Positions 1 through 14,751 of a stretch of 64,000 nt of DNA are shown in pieces (positions within the stretch are counted from its first letter, which is position 1; every line of letters begins with the position of its first letter). The DNA is from Octopus vulgaris (lineage: Eukaryota), in assembly GCA_951406725.2 (NCBI GenBank), contig OX597836.1, positions 4,278,001 through 4,342,000 on the forward strand. The letters run 5' to 3'. The translations under genes and the position numbers were made by a program. The notes under the pieces were generated by a model. The model made no database searches. It was not told the origin of the DNA and worked only from the letters and a program-made list of their open reading frames with translations.

Positions 1-47
1 TGTTTGTGGCTTAGTGTGTATATATGCGTGTGTGTGTGTATGGATGT

Positions 48-98
<51 letters not shown>

Positions 99-676
99 TG
101 TGCGTGTGTGTCTGTGCGTGTGTCTGCGTTTGTGTGTGTCTACGCCCTCCGAATTTCACTGAAATTGCTCCCCGGTGCTTTATTGTACATTTTGGTTTGA
201 AATTAAACAGCTGTATTGATGGTGTCCTCCTCTCACTCCATGACACGACACTTCTTCTCCTCTCCTCTCCTCCTCCTCCATCACCTCCTCCTCCTTCACC
301 TCCTCCTTCTTCATCGTTATCCTAGTCTTGTTGTTCTTGTTTTTACCCTCGTTCTTGTTGATGTTCTACTTCTTCCCCTTCTTTCTCCCCCGTCTCCTCC
401 TCCTCCTCCTATCACTCTTCTTCCCCTTTTTCTTCCAATCCCTCAACCCCCCCCCGCTTTGTACACTGATACGTTAATATTGAATTAGAGAATCCGCTAC
501 GCAGATTGACTCTAATTATCTCTCGTATGGTCTTCCATACAAACTTGCCAAAATGGGATACACTGCTTGCCAAATCGCCAGTAATCAAATTACAAACACA
601 AACCTTTACCGAATAACCGCCAATACACACACATACACACATACACAGGCGGGTATGTATGTATGTGCATGTATGT

Positions 677-787
677 CATTATTCAGTTATATTCCAAGAT
701 TTCTTGCCAACGGAGAAAGAACCGGTTTCTAACCTAGATCCAAGGCTTCTTCATTGGAATTTCTGCATCAACACCAGGGTAGTTTTG
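677..787 (-). mobile_element. Short Penelope-type terminal element with degenerate hammerhead motif, inserted in (GTAT)n
   Basis: Minus strand reads gaaatt-CCAATGA-agaagcct tggatct aggtta-GAAA-ccgg-TT-ctttc; stem III AACCGGTT is palindromic; flanked by TATG/CATG microsatellite. Confidence 0.45.
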
Positions 788-958
788 CATGTATGTATAT
801 CTCTAGGTATGCGTACAGAATTGTATGTTTTGTTTCATGTATACATTCTCATGCATATAATTGCATATCGAGACAGGCTCATATATATTTAAATGATAAA
901 CTTCCGAAAGTTTTACTGACATTTATAAAATTTTGCTGAGCTTATCTACCATACCTAA

Positions 959-959
959 A

Positions 960-1022
<63 letters not shown>

Positions 1023-1054
1023 TATATATATATATGTATATATACATATATATG

Positions 1055-1104
<50 letters not shown>

Positions 1105-1238
1105 GTAGGATAAAATTTTTTCGAAAAAATTATTTTATCAATGGCCAGCATATTAAAAAGTACCTTTAAAGGTTTAATTATAAACAACTTATAAATAAGG
1201 GCAAACGAAAAGATTAGAATTTTTTTCCGTTTATAATT

Positions 1239-1295
<57 letters not shown>

Positions 1296-1316
1296 AGATA
1301 GATAGATAGATAGATT

Positions 1317-1369
<53 letters not shown>

Positions 1370-1370
1370 G

Positions 1371-1445
<75 letters not shown>
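959..1445. repeat. Compound (TA)n/(GA)n/(GATA)n microsatellite with a ~140 bp AT-rich insert at 1101-1240
   Basis: Direct reading; representative of dozens of similar arrays throughout the window. Confidence 0.95.
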
Positions 1446-2202
1446 AGACAAAACTTATTCAGAAGATAAGTAGAAATGTACATGAATATTGATATTTATA
1501 CATATAGAGCCAAAAGCACAATGGAGTAGAGCATAAACACTGCACAAGAGTAACGAGGCGAATCTTCGTACCTGCAAGTTTGGAATTACGTAATGATTGT
1601 AATGTTAATAATCAGCAAAAGTGAGATATTACAGTTTGACCGGCTTCCTTCATCAAGAGAAAGAATTGACAATAATGGTTCACAATGTAGTGTGAGAGAT
1701 TTAGGGAGGATGAAGAGAAGGACCAAAATGCATAAAATGCAGGGAGCTACAGGATGTAAGAGGTTCGGAGAGGGAACGTAGGGAGTGGAGAAGGAGTTAG
1801 AATAAATACAATACATGCATGCATATGTATATGAATATAAGTAGATATACACATACATACATACACAGGCGCGCGCACACACAGAGGCTACCAGTCACAC
1901 ACACACACATCCTCAGATATGTAAACACATACATATATATATATACACACACATGTATTTGAATACTTGTATGAATTACAAATAAATACTAATTAAGACA
2001 ATATATAAATAATCATGAAAATATATTTCCGTAAGTATGCGCAATTACACATATGTGCGTGCCTGAGAATATATACTAAAAAATATATATATATATATAT
2101 TAATATTATTACTACATATGTGTATGCGTATATGTCTGTGTCTGTTTGCATCTGTCTAGCCATCTATCTATCTATCTATCAATCTATCTATCTATCTATC
2201 AT

Positions 2203-2275
<73 letters not shown>

Positions 2276-2282
2276 TTATCTA

Positions 2283-2330
<48 letters not shown>

Positions 2331-2438
2331 AATATAATCAAAAAAGGGTAATAACATAGATTATTACCAGTGGCCCAGCACAGAAGACGAATTAGTCATT
2401 AGACAAAATATTATATATATATATATATATATATGCGT

Positions 2439-2538
2439 CAAATGAAATCAAAAAAGAAAGGATGTCGCGGTACACGTTTATAAAGCTTGAAACACGTGTA
2501 CCGCGACATTCTTTGTGTTCTGTTTTTGATATCATTTG
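2439..2538. repeat. Imperfect inverted repeat containing the 3' half of a hammerhead motif
   Basis: caaatgaaatcaaaaa...atgtcgcggtacacgt versus acgtgtaccgcgacat...tttttgatatcatttg; GAAACACGTGTA at 2489-2500. Confidence 0.8.
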
Positions 2539-2611
2539 GTACATATACCCTCTCACCTCTGCTACTAGCTGGCGTATACAGTTGCTTATACTTACCAAGT
2601 ATTCACCCTAA

Positions 2612-2649
<38 letters not shown>

Positions 2650-3318
2650 GCACATGCATGTCTATACGTGCATGTGTTCAAAGGTAAGTCCTTATATGTC
2701 TGTGTGTGTGCATCTAATCTACTTACTTCGTTTTAGAACTACTAGGACCTACAAGCGGAGTGTCTGGTTGATTTAGATCGTGCAAATCCTACTGAGCAGA
2801 AGGCAAATGGTGCGAAAGTTCCGATTTCCTAATGAAGGAAAAATTCCACAAAAACACATCTGAAATGCAACAAATGGTTCTTTTTTGTCCTACATCTCTA
2901 ATCATTTCCATAGATGCATACACACATATGTAGATATATACACACACATGCATATATACATACACACGCACACATCAATATGCATATATATGTATACATA
3001 CGTACATATATATATATGTATATATATAAATATATATGAATATATATTATATATATATACAGATATATAACAAATATGAAATAATACATATTCATATATA
3101 TATATATGTATATATATATATAGACATATACGTACACATCTGTGAATATATACATATATATATGTATATATATATATGTATATATATACATATATATACA
3201 TACGTATACATATATGTACATGTACACACATTTGTATGAATATATATGTTACATAGTGTGCACAGTATATATTTATATTGCACGTAGATATAGTACTGGA
3301 TAGATATATTCATATATG

Positions 3319-3376
<58 letters not shown>

Positions 3377-3990
3377 GATATATATCATTGAATGAAAATC
3401 TCAACTTCTCCCTCTATTTTTCCTTTTCTCTCTTTTCATATATATATATATATACATACATACTCGTGTGTATACGTGTGTGTATGTTTATGTGCACGTG
3501 CGTGTATGCGTGTATACCTATTGAATATTACTTCGATATATCCATATGTACAGAATGTTAAAAAAGTGGGTAATAAAATATCATTTATTCTATGCCGTAT
3601 TTGAATAGATTAAAATAGCGATAAATGCATCGCGATTGTGGCAGATACTTTTTGGTTTAAAAAAAATATGAGTAAACATTTCTATGGATAATAAATTAAA
3701 GAAACGTTGAACGATACCGTGAAGAAAATTTACGACAAAATTGAAACTTCAATGACAATAACTTTTTTATTAATATCATATACGAGTAGTGTATACAATA
3801 AACGAATGCATATACATGCATATATATATATATATATATATATACATATTGTATGTATGAGTGGATATATACATGTATCTATCTATATCTATCTATCTAT
3901 CTATATATATATACATATATAAATGTATATATTCACAGATGTGTACGTATATGTCTATATATAATGTATATATATATATATGTATGTATG

Positions 3991-4024
<34 letters not shown>

Positions 4025-4138
4025 TATATGTAGCTATATATGTATATATATATTTCTTTAAGTGTATATATGCATGTATCTCTATATATAAACATTTATA
4101 TACATATATATATATATAATTATATATATATATATTTA

Positions 4139-4188
<50 letters not shown>

Positions 4189-4848
4189 CACATATATATG
4201 TTGCGTGTGTTTGTACCTGTGCGTGTATGTGTCTCTGTGCGTGTGCGTGTGTAGTGAAAGGCACAGCAATGGTTCCTCGGCGTTTTTGAGACTATGCTAC
4301 TGCATACTTTAGCATGATATAAACGACATCAACCACAGGTTCTGGAATCGTTGCACCACATTACGAAACCGATTTTTAACCACAAACTGACGAACACGAT
4401 AGTCGGTTCACCTTACGGTAATCCTCGTCTTGGTGAGATCGTCTTCAACGCATGACTCCTGTATCGCGAGTAATATCTGTATACGGAGAAAGGCTAAAAC
4501 ATTTTTGATGCAGAATATCTGAGGCTTTTTACACATATCGTGGTTCGTAAATATATCAAAAGCTTGATCTTTGGTGATGCTTACAACATATATATAATGC
4601 ATGTATGCCTAGCACACACTCGCGCACACACGTATATTTATATGTATGTATACATACATGCATATGTAGATATATGTATGTATATATACGTATATGTATA
4701 TATGTGTATATAAACATGTATATATATATGTAAATATATGTATATATACTTATATTTACATATATATATGTATATATATATTTATTTGTGTATATATATA
4801 TTATGTATGTATATATATACATATATACACCCATACATTTATATATAC

Positions 4849-4880
<32 letters not shown>

Positions 4881-4901
4881 ATAAGTATATATATACAGGG
4901 A

Positions 4902-4964
<63 letters not shown>

Positions 4965-5048
4965 TATATATATATTTGACTTAACGCGATGATTGTAAAT
5001 GATTCAGAGGAAAAGTGACGCTTTCAGATATCAATTTTCCGCGAAAAC

Positions 5049-5095
5049 ATGTCTGATGATAGGCAAAATTCGTCTTGCAACCGGCGTTAAAACAT
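5049..5095 (+). ncRNA. Degenerate type-I hammerhead-like motif
   Basis: atgt-CTGATGA-t-aggc aaaattc gtct-t-GCAA-ccggcg-TT-aaaacat; GAAA is mutated to GCAA. Confidence 0.35.
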
Positions 5096-5278
5096 CTACG
5101 TTAAAAAGTTCTGTATCATTCAGGAAACCATGATAATTTCAATGTTTAAGTGACTGCATTCATGATGATAAACATCAAAAGACCAGCGGTAACTGTAATA
5201 TCTACCTATATGTCTATCTATCAATCTATCTATCTATACATCTATCTCTCTATCTATCTATCCATCTATCTAGCTATA

Positions 5279-5385
<107 letters not shown>

Positions 5386-5386
5386 A

Positions 5387-5420
<34 letters not shown>

Positions 5421-5550
5421 ATCTCTCTATCTATTAATTTGTCTATCATCAACACAAACACAAACTCGCACGCATACTTACATACAAAGATATGTTTATA
5501 TAAATGTATGCGTCTTTATACTTCTATATGTATCTCTCTATCTATGTATC

Positions 5551-5623
<73 letters not shown>

Positions 5624-6140
5624 ACAGACACACATATGTACATGCTGATAACAACAACGGAATCAACATCACCAAAAAGCGATAAATGGCACTATAAAAG
5701 CATTGAATAACAGCTAAAGATTAACAATATTCTCGATAAGAACAGTAATAATAATAATGATAATAATAATAATGATAATAATATTAACAAATCAGCTACA
5801 AGTGGAAAGATATATTAAAGGAAGGATGTATTAAAAATAGCAAAAAATATTTTGAGGAATAGAAAATTTGTTAGAATACATAATGCATAGAGAATCAGGA
5901 ACACACATCTATATTCAAAAATATATATTCTTATACTTGTATACATGTGCGTATTTTTGTGCACGTGCAAGCTGTTATATACATAGATACATACTTAACA
6001 CACATGATTGCATACATATGAATATATATATATATATATACATATCTGTACGTACGTTTGTTTGTATGTATACATATATGGACACGCACAGGTGCCCGTT
6101 AAACAATGTATTCATAAATTTGTATGCATTGTGAATTACG

Positions 6141-6178
<38 letters not shown>

Positions 6179-6620
6179 TTGTGTGTGTGTGTGTACATAT
6201 ATATATATATATGGTGGGAGTGAACGAGAGAGAGGTAGAGGAAGAGAGATACAGATATAGATATACGTGTAAACGGGGTACGTTTTTGGGTGTTTGCATG
6301 TGTTAGGTTATCTCTGTGTCTATAGAAACACACATACGCGTATGCACGCACGGAGACACACACACATCAACCCCCCCACACACACACACACACTCACACG
6401 CAGATGTAGACGCACGCACGGACACATATTTACATTTGCGGAACTCTTTACATATATTTGTGTATTCTAGTGTACGCGTACGCAAGAATATATTCAAATT
6501 AACGAGCAGAGTATCACCGTATTATGGAATATTATTTCCACATTACGCCTCCACACATAACAAACACACGCCGTCAGACACGCATACACACACTGACACA
6601 CACATACACACGTATATAAG

Positions 6621-6674
<54 letters not shown>

Positions 6675-7058
6675 TATATATGCACATTGGCAACAAGCAA
6701 TATGCCCTCCATGAATCTTCCTTACATATTCCATATTCTTTATTATTATATTTCTTCATATTTCTTTAGCTTGTCTTTATAACCGACATTTTTTTTTTAA
6801 CAGTGTCATGTTATTCTATTATTATTATAGTTGATATGTCGATGTTTTGTTTTTTCCGTGGATCGTTTTGCTTTCTTTTCTCGAATGTTGATGTTATAAA
6901 CAGAGTAAATTGGTTTCCAGAAAAACCTGTTCAATAATGTATTTTCGATTCATACATGTATGGGTTTTTTTTCTCCAAGACATTTAGTGTGGCATCCCAA
7001 TATTGAATGGTGAGATCAATTTAAAACATAGGATATGCAAAAAATATCTCTCTCTTAT

Positions 7059-7139
<81 letters not shown>

Positions 7140-7182
7140 ATATCTCTCTATCTATCTTTCTATCTGTCTATTTCTCTATCCC

Positions 7183-7278
<96 letters not shown>

Positions 7279-7412
7279 TGCATGTATGTATATGTATACA
7301 GATACATATATATCATACATATATACACACACACACGTACATATACATATAATATATCATATAATAATAATAATTTGACAAGAAAGGGATGAATGAGACC
7401 TCGATATTATGT

Positions 7413-7488
<76 letters not shown>

Positions 7489-8140
7489 TACACGTACTTA
7501 CACAAACACACATACACGCACACAGACACACATGATTTATTTCATTAAATCTGACCAGTATTACAGTTTTATTGGAAATTTTCGCCGGATGCAGATCTTG
7601 GAATGTCAAGAAGAAATCGTTGAAAGAGCAATTTGCACGCATTTTATTACCTTAGTGTTCTTTAGACTGAACACTCGGATTTCAAATTGGTGTTTAATTT
7701 AGAACTCTGCATTTGTTTTCGGTTTACCATTCAGTATTGTTTTGCTATATTTCTCCGTATGTATCTTGTCAGTATTTCTATTAAGTATCTGCTATCTAAA
7801 TATTTAATCCCATCCTTTAAATGTTGACCTTGCTTTGTTTCTTTTATGTAAGGTTTCTTATTTAGACATTTGTGTGTTCTGTATAGTTCGCCCGTAAGTC
7901 TTTTAGTATCAATTTTATATTCAGACAAAAGCACTTTTTTGCACATATTTTTCTTTCTTCTTGGGTATTGAAATACAGACTAGATAAATTTTCATAATAC
8001 CGCCTTTGTACATAGCGATTAAATTCTTTAATTCCATTCAATCTATTCTGGATAGTATTATTTCGGAACTCAATATATATTTTATCTTGTCTCAGTAGTT
8101 ACCAATTTTCGGAAAACGATTAGAGCTAGATTTCATGAAC

Positions 8141-8331
8141 AGGCTCAAGTGTGGTACTGCGGTACGAAGTTAGCTACACAACCACATATTTCCAGGTTCA
8201 ATACCACTGCATGGCAACATTAATAACTGTCTTCTACTATAGCCTCAGGCCGACCAAATCCTTGTGAATGTATTTAGTAAAAAGAAACTCAAGGAAGAGT
8301 GCCATATACACACATACATACATACATACGT

Positions 8332-8382
<51 letters not shown>

Positions 8383-8700
8383 AATATTACATATATATAT
8401 ATATATATATGTGTGTGTGTATGTGTATGCGTGTATGTGCCCGTGTATGCGCGTTTGTGTGGCTTTGTGCGTGTATATATTGGTGTGCTAGATTGCGCCT
8501 GTGTTTCACGTGCAACACCGCTTGACAGTCGGTGTTGGTGTATTTAACTCCCGATAATCTTGCGGTTCAGCAAAAAGCTCGATAGAATAAATATAAGATT
8601 TAAAATTATAAACACTGCGATTGATTAGTACGACTAAAATCCTGCAAGCTGTTGCCAAAATATGGCTGTACACTAATGAGTGAAAGAAGTAAATTTCAAA
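8141..8700 (+). mobile_element. SINE family B (tRNA head, CORE-like segment, internal microsatellite), diverged copy
   Basis: Matches 21751-22080 and 23671-24080 in opposite orientation: ggttcaataccactgc...tgtcttctactatagcctcaggccgaccaaa...gatagaata. Confidence 0.75.
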
Positions 8701-9345
8701 AAAAAAGAATAAGAGAGATTTTTATAGAAATTTCGCAAAGAAGCTGAACAAACACAAAAATTAGACAGACTTACAGATTCTACAAATAGATGATTCTTGG
8801 GAATTGTCTTGATTATTTTCTCTGAATCTCTGCTCATGTTTAAAGCTATTTGATATACTATGAATAGCCCTATAACTTACTTTCATGTTATTCGTATTCT
8901 GCTATCTGAATTCGAATGAATTCTTCTGAAAAGCAAACAAATTATTATCTTCACTCGTTGGTCGATTCTTAGTAAAATGACGATTAAATCTCATGACATT
9001 ATGCATTATTCTTTCTTCTTTAAACCTGTTTCTTGTAATCATTAGCTGCATTGTTGGAAGTCATTAGCGATTAATGATGTCCAGATCTAATGCGATTTAC
9101 AGATAAATGGAATGGTTTAAAGTTGATGCTAACTAATTCTTTCGCAACGAGTCTTTAAAATAAGCATTAACTCTTCTCAATATCTTTGCAGATGATAAGG
9201 TTTTGCATGAAACGATATACCAAATTGCATATTCATGATATCTGGAGAGACATAACAGCTCTGCAGTTATACTCATGCTGCGTCAATAGTAAATCCTGTG
9301 AAAAGAGAAGACACTAATATATGATTGTAGATACGTGTATATATT

Positions 9346-9403
<58 letters not shown>

Positions 9404-9413
9404 TATATATATC

Positions 9414-9461
<48 letters not shown>

Positions 9462-9471
9462 TATATAAATC

Positions 9472-9549
<78 letters not shown>

Positions 9550-9591
9550 ATGTGTGTGTGTGTGTATGAGTGTGTGTATGTGTGTGTGTGT

Positions 9592-9745
9592 GTGCAGGAG
9601 TGCATGTTTGGTAGGGACCTTGTTTCCCGAACACATGGTTGCAGGTTCAGTTCCACTGCGTGGTACCTTGGGCTAGTGTCTTCTACTATAATCTGGGGCC
9701 AACCAAAACCTTGTGAGTGGATTTGGTAGATGGAAACTGAAAGAA
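9592..9745 (+). mobile_element. SINE family B, 5' half
   Basis: gcaggagtg...ggttcagttccactgcgtggtaccttgggctagtgtcttctactata...gagtggatttggtagatggaaactgaaagaa. Confidence 0.85.
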
Positions 9746-10014
9746 TACATATATATATATATACATATATATGTATATATGTATGCATATATATGTGTAT
9801 ATATATACATATACATGTATATACACACACACACACACACTTATATATATGCTTATATAACAACACACACAAATATATACGTATATGGATATATGCTCAC
9901 ATATATATGTGTGTGTGTTTGTCTCTCTGTGCGTTGATGTGTGAGTGTTTGTGTAAATTTGCATGTGTGTGTGCGTATCCGATGTGATATGTATGTCTAT
10001 ATGATATACATTAT

Positions 10015-10400
10015 GAACAGGAGAGGCTGTGAAAGACAGATATGTTCCTATACGTGTCAAACGTAAGGTGTAGGAGACTATTGTACTTTCCTCCATTCTG
10101 TATGGAGCTGACACCTCGACAGTCTATAAAACTGAAGTAGACAAGTTGCTTGGATGAGACAAGTGCAACAAATTATTAATATCTCTCCTTGACAAGATCA
10201 GAAACGATGAGATTATGTAGCCTGGTGATCTTCGTATTATGGAAATCTTCATTGAAAGAAATTTACGTGGGTTGCGACACGTCGACAATATTGATAACGG
10301 CACACTCTCCAGACAAATTCTATACTCTAAAAAACTGAAAAGGAATCACAGAGAACGTAGACTGAGATTCATATAACTGACAAAAGGAATATGAATCGGA
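10015..10400 (+). pseudogene. Decayed RTE-clade LINE fragment (region C-terminal to the RT core)
   Basis: Translates with stops and frameshifts as VPIRVKRKV*ETIVLSSILYGADT...DKIRNDEI...RNLRGLRHVDNIDNGTLSRQILYS, resembling RTE motifs K.KVY..V...LLYG.ETW and LRW.GHV.RM...RLP..ILY. Confidence 0.7.
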
Positions 10401-10508
10401 AAAGAATTATAATAATAATAACAATAAATTGCAAATTCAAACCAAACCAAAACAAACCGAGTAGTATATATATATAGTATATATATGCATGTATTTATGT
10501 ACATATGC

Positions 10509-10564
<56 letters not shown>

Positions 10565-10571
10565 GCATATA

Positions 10572-11324
10572 TAATGAAGCCGTTTGACACATTAATCTTA
10601 GGGCACGAGCCCTAAGTTATAACGTTGCAGCTAACGTCTACAGTTTACAGCAGAGCTTGAAAGGAACGCGTGTAGCGTGATATCGTTGCATTGACCATGA
10701 CAGAGAAAGTTATCATTGTGAGACCTGCTAAGAGGCCTGCACAAAGTTGCAGAAAGTGTATGGAGAGGAGTGTATGAGATGCACACAAGTGCACGAATGG
10801 TTCAGGTGTGTCGAAGATGACCAAACAAATGCCAATACTGACGAAAGTTTTCGTAGATCTGCAGACCGCAACTCTGAGTGGAACATCGCAGATGTGCATG
10901 CAACTATGAGAGGAAATCGTGAGTTAGCAGAGGATGTGCAGATTAGTTACGGTTCAGCACAGTCCATTATCACTTAAGATTTTGGTATGAGAAGTGTGTC
11001 AGCTGACCAAAAAACATTCTCAAGCTACCATTGTGTCGAGAGCGATGAAAACTTTGCGTTGGCCTCTGAGCAAGTATTGCCAAGATTTTGTCAAAATTTG
11101 TTGCAGATACCCTGCTCAACTTCCTGTCATCTTCAATGCGCCGATCAGACGCTACACACATTCTTTCCAAACACTGCTGTAAACAGCGGAAGTGAGCTAG
11201 AACCTCTGGACTAAATGCGCATGCACAGCAGAGTTCAAGGCCAATGTGTGCCAAGCGGCTTTAATCTACATGCTTTAGCTTTGTTACAATAGCAACAGTT
11301 CTGATACTTATTGATCAAACAACG
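10572..11324 (+). mobile_element. Internally deleted mariner DNA transposon
   Basis: ORF 10747-10977 QKVYGEECM..QVHEWFR...ELAEDVQISYGSAQSIIT*DFGMRSVSA resembles the mariner HTH region upstream of WVPH; right end gatacttattgatcaaacaacg-TA is mariner TIR-like. Confidence 0.8.
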
Positions 11325-11404
11325 TATATACACATGTATACGTTCACACACACACACACACATACACACACACACACACACACACAAACACAGACACATA
11401 TGTC

Positions 11405-11592
11405 GCCATGATAGATCGTAAGCCACTACACACATTTTTCTCTCCTTGTTTTTTTTCTATGTCCCTTTCTGTGGAAGAGCGCATGCTCGAAACGTTAAAG
11501 ACTTTTTCTACTCCTGAGCGTTATACTAATACATCTGTTTGTTTTCTACACCCCATGTCTTCGTCTTTTGTTTTATTCGTGAACTCTCCCCA
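11405..11592 (+). mobile_element. Short hammerhead-bearing element, family F (Penelope pLTR-like)
   Basis: Homologous to 62793-63003 (-) and 34262-34356 (-): shares cctgagcg, tactaatac, cttcgtcttttgtttt; lies between (CA)n and (TA)n. Confidence 0.75.
11465..11500 (+). ncRNA. Minimal type-I hammerhead-like motif, variant core CUGUGGA
   Basis: cttt-CTGTGGA-a-gagc gcat gctc-GAAA-cg-TT-aaag; stems I and II pair perfectly; stem III AACGTT is palindromic. Confidence 0.6.
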
Positions 11593-11665
<73 letters not shown>

Positions 11666-12012
11666 GTATAAGTATCATTTGACTACGAGGGGCGATCAAA
11701 TTGACTACCCCTGACACAAGAGTTTCAAATCACCTTCCAAAAGTAATAACAATATCTCGAACGTATGCATCAAATGATATTGTGAAATGAGTCTCTAATA
11801 AGTCGGCCACGTGTTACCTGAGAGATATTTAGTTGTTTACTTCGAGCAACTTCGCTTATTAGACAATGAAATTAATGCAATATTTATCAATAACCATAAT
11901 AGTTTTAATGCATTTAATGAGGAGTTTATTAAAATATGTAATTAGAAATTACTATTTATAATTATGTAGTGAGCAAAGGAAAATATTTGTTAATAGAGGA
12001 TGTTTTAGTCTG

Positions 12013-12238
12013 GTGGACGGACAGAATTGTTATAACGTTAAGAGCAAATGCATCATGGTTTGTGATATCGGTTTGGGTCTGGGTCTTTACGTTGCGATTT
12101 CAAACTCACTGAAATTAAATCAACTTTACATCATTTCGGGGTCGATAAAATTGCCAGTTAGATTACTGAGATCAATGTAAGTGGCTAAGATTATCTCCCT
12201 TCAGTTGTTTCTGCTCGTGTACCCAAATTAGAACCAAT
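12013..12238 (+). mobile_element. SINE family A, old diverged copy
   Basis: cagaattgtta...ctttacgttgcgatttcaaa...catcatttcggggtcgataaaattgccagt. Confidence 0.6.
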
Positions 12239-12524
12239 TCATTCAGCATATAGTAAAGGGAGACAACATCAGTTCTGTTTCAATATTCGTAACCCTCCTC
12301 AGCAAAAGAAGTAGATGTTATCCTACATTTCTTTAAAAAATATATAATGTGTCGATATAATGGCGTCAAAACGAGGAATTCGCTGATTGGTGAAATGAAT
12401 TCGATTTCGTAAAATTTACCGTGATTGTATATTCCATAGGTGCACCCGTAATACTTGTAATTCTAGCATCTAATGTGTGAAGTGCCCATGCGACATTGGT
12501 GGAAGTTTGCATTACAGATAAAAT

Positions 12525-12674
12525 CATGACCGTGTGGTAAGAAGTTTGCTTCCCGAACAGATGAGTCTAAGTTCAGTTCCACTGCACGGCAGCTTCGCTG
12601 TTTTCTACTGTAGCTTCGAGCTGAACAAAGCATTACAAGTGGATTTGGCAGAAGGAAACCGAAAGAAACCCGTC

Positions 12675-12723
<49 letters not shown>

Positions 12724-12863
12724 TTTTCCGTTGCCGTTCATCGGACAAAAACGGGAAACTCAGAGTAGGTTTTGTTGAATTTTCTGCTGCTTTAAATAAA
12801 GCATATTACTCTACAATATTTGAGTACTCTTTTTACCTTGTTTCACATTTATGTGTTTACTCC

Positions 12864-12924
<61 letters not shown>

Positions 12925-12925
12925 G

Positions 12926-12959
<34 letters not shown>

Positions 12960-13195
12960 TGTATGTATGTATATATACATGTGTGTGTGTGTGTTTTCCT
13001 GTTTCTGCTTCTCCTTCACCGTCGTTTGATGACATGTTTTTGAATATTTATACACCTGTAACTTTATGATTCGGTACAAGTAACGATAGAATAGATTTGA
13101 GGCTTTAAAAAAATGCCCTGCGATCTATTTTAATATGGTTAAACATTCTTCAAGATCTAACTTCAGCAATGTAGTGATTGAAACAAGTCAAAGGA
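12525..13195 (+). mobile_element. SINE family B with nested insertion in its internal (TA)n
   Basis: 5' half 12525-12675 (gtgtggtaagaagtttgct...gtggatttggcagaaggaaaccgaaagaaacccgtcg) and 3' half about 13015-13195 (cgatagaata...tgaaacaagtc). Confidence 0.7.
12721..12865. mobile_element. Nested ~145 bp element with inverted hammerhead halves
   Basis: Minus strand: CCGATGA-acggcaacgg-AAAActc; plus strand: acgg-GAAA-ctc a gag-TA-ggttttg; (TA)n on both sides. Confidence 0.55.
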
Positions 13196-13448
13196 GAAAA
13201 TATGAAATAGATGATAAGAAAAGCGAAAAGCGGGTGGAGAGAGAGAGAGAGAGAGAGAGGTGGGGAGAGTAGGGGGAGAGAGTAAGGGGGGGATAAATAA
13301 CAATGGAGTCCATTACTGCACTCGTAATTTATTTCTCTTCCCCAGAATGGAAACATCGAAGTTGATCATCTTCTGTGGGATTTGAACGAAACACTTAATG
13401 GTTCAGAGAAAATAACAGGCGTTGATAAATCAATTGTACCAACAATAA

Positions 13449-13695
13449 GGCGGCGAGCTGGCGGAATCGTTAGCACGCCGGGCGAAATGGTTAGCTGTAT
13501 TTCGTCTATCTTTACGTTCTGAGATCAAATTTCACCGATGTCGACTTTGCCTTTCATCCTTTCAGGGTCGATAACTTAAGTAAAAGTTGCGTACTGGGGT
13601 CGGTCTAATCGACTGGACCTTACCCGCAAAATTCCGATATAATCGATTTACGAACCAACCCAAACTCTTTGGCCTTCTACCCAAAATTGAAAGCA
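13449..13695 (+). mobile_element. SINE family A (tRNA head plus gcctttcatcctttcggggtcgataa central domain)
   Basis: ggcggcgagctggcggaatcgttagcacgccgggcgaaat...gagatcaaat...gactttgcctttcatcctttcagggtcgataa. Confidence 0.9.
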
Positions 13696-14091
13696 GTATT
13701 GTATACGAGGACATTTAAAACAAGGGATGCCTTGGGAAATATTTCAGTTAGAAATGTAAAACATTTATTGATTTTTCCCCTTTTGTATATGGGGGTCGCC
13801 AATTTACAAATTTTCGAAAGCAGCACATGTAGAGCAGTATAAATTAGTTCGACCCTGGCGGAGGGAAGTAAAAGCGTAGACGTCTTGCATTTTCTTTAAT
13901 ATATAACATTTTGTGTCCTGTGGAGGTTTTCAAATTCTCTAAATATAATTTTAGTGAATATCACAAGAAATCAAAGGTACACACGCACGTCCTACAAACA
14001 TACATATATATTCCTGTAAACATACGTGTGAGTATACATACGTATACATGTTTACATACGTACATGCAAACACACAGATACACGCACACAC

Positions 14092-14127
<36 letters not shown>

Positions 14128-14599
14128 ATACGTACAAACGCAGAAAAAATAAAAACACAGCCTGAAAATATTAATAATTGAGATTTCAGAAAACATTTTG
14201 TGGAGCAAATTTTAAATATTTAATAAATAGAAAACTTAAATAATAAAAAGAATTTTATTTAAATAGCGAAAACACTATGTTAGCAAAAATAACCTAAAAA
14301 TATGTAACTATACATGTAAAACAAACCCATACACACATCAGACACACATACAGATACTAAACATGTAATAACATTTTAGAAACGTTATCAAAGAAAGATT
14401 TTGTTTTCCTTCATGTTTTGGTTCTGAATTCATACCAAACTTAAATTTGCCAATTTGAAATGATATTTTTTTTAAATTTTCAGAATAAATATTTGTTTTA
14501 AGAAAGAGAAACAAAATATGGAGCAACTAATAAATTGGATATATTAACGATGTTATCAGCGGTGTTCCTGTTGTTGTTGTTATTTCCAATGTTGTTGCT

Positions 14600-14675
14600 G
14601 CTGTGATGATAATGATGATGATGATGATGATGATGATCTTCATCATCATCACCATCATCATCATCATTATTATTG

Positions 14676-14751
<76 letters not shown>

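Noticed and set aside
1633-1662. Minus-strand TTGATGA...ccggTC hammerhead remnant
   Set aside because: Stem II and GAAA are missing; possibly a decayed member but not supportable
4385-4410. CTGACGA as a hammerhead core
   Set aside because: No stem II followed by GAAA
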